From: Antedon mediterranea | Taxonomy: Eukaryota; Animalia; Echinodermata | Length of the DNA stretch: 64,000 nucleotides | Assembly (NCBI RefSeq): GCF_964355755.1 | Contig: NC_092670.1 | Span: 11,208,795-11,272,794, forward strand | Reading direction: 5' to 3' | Shown here: positions 62,901 to 64,000 of the stretch, piece after piece | How the letters are laid out: every line of letters begins with the position of its first letter | Position numbering within the stretch: the stretch's first letter is position 1 | Notes under the pieces: model-generated | The model's input: only the letters and a program-made list of their open reading frames with translations | Told to the model about the DNA's origin: nothing | The model's database searches: none | Translations under genes and position numbers: made by a program

Positions 62901-64000
62901 GCAGGCACCAACGTCTCCTGTATAACACCACAGTCGACGTAAAATAGCTGGTTATCACTCGTGAAGAACCTGTCTACATTCTTAACACGTTCAACCCATT
63001 TACGAATCTGGCTTAACTGGGTCTGCAGGAAGAAAAATGCATTTGTTTTTTATACAACATCAAAATAAATATAGTAGTAGGAAAAATAATGATAATATGA
63101 TTAAAAATAAAGAAAGGAAAAAATATGATTAAAGATATTAACCCTTACATAGAAAAACTATTGTAGATCTAGTAACAACAAATAACAGAGAAGTACTATG
63201 TAAAAAGAACCCATAAATATAAATATTTAAGTGGTCCTAGTTTTAGAAACAATTGTGGATCTAGATCTATAAAAGCAATCATCTAGATAAATGACAGAAT
63301 TGAAGTAATCACCACCCGTATGTAGTAACTTTCCACATACTCCCAGTGTTCCTAGTTTTAGAAACAATTGCGGATCTAGATCTATAAAAGCAATCATCTA
63401 GATAAATGACAGAATTGAAGTAATCACCACCCGTATGTAGTAACTTTCCACATACTTCAGTGGTCCTAGTTTTAGAAACAATTGTGGATCTAGATCTATA
63501 AAAGCAATCATCTACATAAAAAATGACAGAATTGAAGTAATCACCACCCGTATGTAGTAACTTTCCACATACTTCAGTTGTCCTAATTTTAGAAACTACA
63601 GATCTATATTCTATAAAAAGCAATCATCTAGATTTCTAATGATTTTACCCTTGCATCATCATAGTTGATAGTGGTAAACCCATGCTGTAAAGAAAGTCAC
63701 AAAATGGATACAATTGAACGCATTATATAGGCCTAAAGAAAATCTTGTAATATTGGCCATGACATTGGAAATTTTGCAATGCGCAGACTCTCTAAAAGCT
63801 GGAAACTCTCCCCAAAGGTCTCAAAATTGTTTTTAAAAACACATTCAGAATACCAGACTTTCCAAAAAATCAGACATTAGCCCAGCCCAAGGGTGTCCAG
63901 TATTGGGAGAATAGACTGTACATTACTATATAAACAAAGATTGAATTAATTCATACCTCAATTGTATAGGCTTGTGCCTTGTGCCATGCATTGGCTGAAT
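44914..64000 (-). CDS. Divergent dynein heavy chain (DNHD1-like), partial: tail end, linker, AAA1, AAA2 and start of AAA3; about 30 exons
   Basis: PRHWKAL (~60450), FPRLYFMSDDDL (~57990), FNYDHEYIG...TPLTDRC...GPTATGKTE (~55550), MRPVSIIKPD (~51180), LLGPAGSGKT (~49340), WKDGVF...WIIMDG.IDPEWSESLN (~47550-47735) and LTGQPGCGKT (44914-45012). Checked exons include 62804-63022, 62153-62275 and 44914-45012. Confidence 0.88.
46596..46765 (-). mobile_element. tRNA-derived SINE-like element
   Basis: Minus strand shows an A-box tggccaagtggttaagg, a B-box-like ggattcaagactc and a 3' (taa)n tail. Confidence 0.55.
49567..49731. mobile_element. MITE family 1 copy
   Basis: TIRs ctctgtctacacta / tagtgtagacagag. 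Confidence 0.75.
52086..52665. mobile_element. Non-autonomous TTAA-target DNA transposon (Kolobok-like)
   Basis: TIRs agctcaggtacaggca / tgcccgtacctggcct, each flanked by ttaa. Confidence 0.6.
53088..54031. repeat. Compound minisatellite of 8-bp gtaaacat and 9-bp gtaaacaat units
   Basis: About 940 bp of directly visible repeats, with gcaaac and gtcaac variants, inside a dynein intron. Confidence 0.97.
59144..59322. mobile_element. MITE family 2 (Harbinger-like, palindromic)
   Basis: TIRs agcgtggatcccactag / ctagtgggaaccaagct, taa/tta flanks and extended internal self-complementarity. Confidence 0.72.
62336..62510. mobile_element. MITE family 1 copy
   Basis: ctgttcacactatcaaa...tttgatagtgtagac with the shared core tgtgatgtgcccaaatatggtagtgat. 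Confidence 0.7.
63231..63632. repeat. Tandem repeat, ~115-bp unit, about 3.4 copies
   Basis: tccta(g/a)ttttagaaac recurs at 63235, 63350, 63464 and 63581. Confidence 0.92.

Noticed and set aside
63231-63632. CRISPR array or 104-aa repeat protein
   Set aside because: Head-to-tail near-identical units with no unique spacers, inside a eukaryotic intron.

Overview
AT-rich eukaryotic (invertebrate metazoan) DNA with spliceosomal introns. The right part (44914-64000, minus strand) holds about 30 exons of a divergent dynein heavy chain (DNHD1-like). The gene stops at a splice donor just after the AAA3 P-loop, so it should continue beyond base 1. The left 44 kb carries a plus-strand tandem array of secreted fibrinogen-related-domain (FReD; tachylectin-5/ficolin-like) genes, apparently nested antisense inside one giant dynein intron. 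The array comprises the last exon of an upstream gene (G0), intact genes A and B, frameshifted gene C, gene D with an unclear start codon, and orphan 5'-truncated copies of the ligand-binding exon. That terminal exon has a near-invariant framework and hypervariable ligand-pocket residues, and the array shows direct recombination scars (a chimeric gene and a mosaic exon cassette). It is packed with transposons, several confirmed by empty sites in paralogues: a Rex1-like LINE fragment, a CR1-like fragment, an Academ derivative, Helitrons, Helentron-like elements, a Sola2 element, and a young full-length Gypsy/Mag LTR retrotransposon. All calls were made by eye, without database searches.
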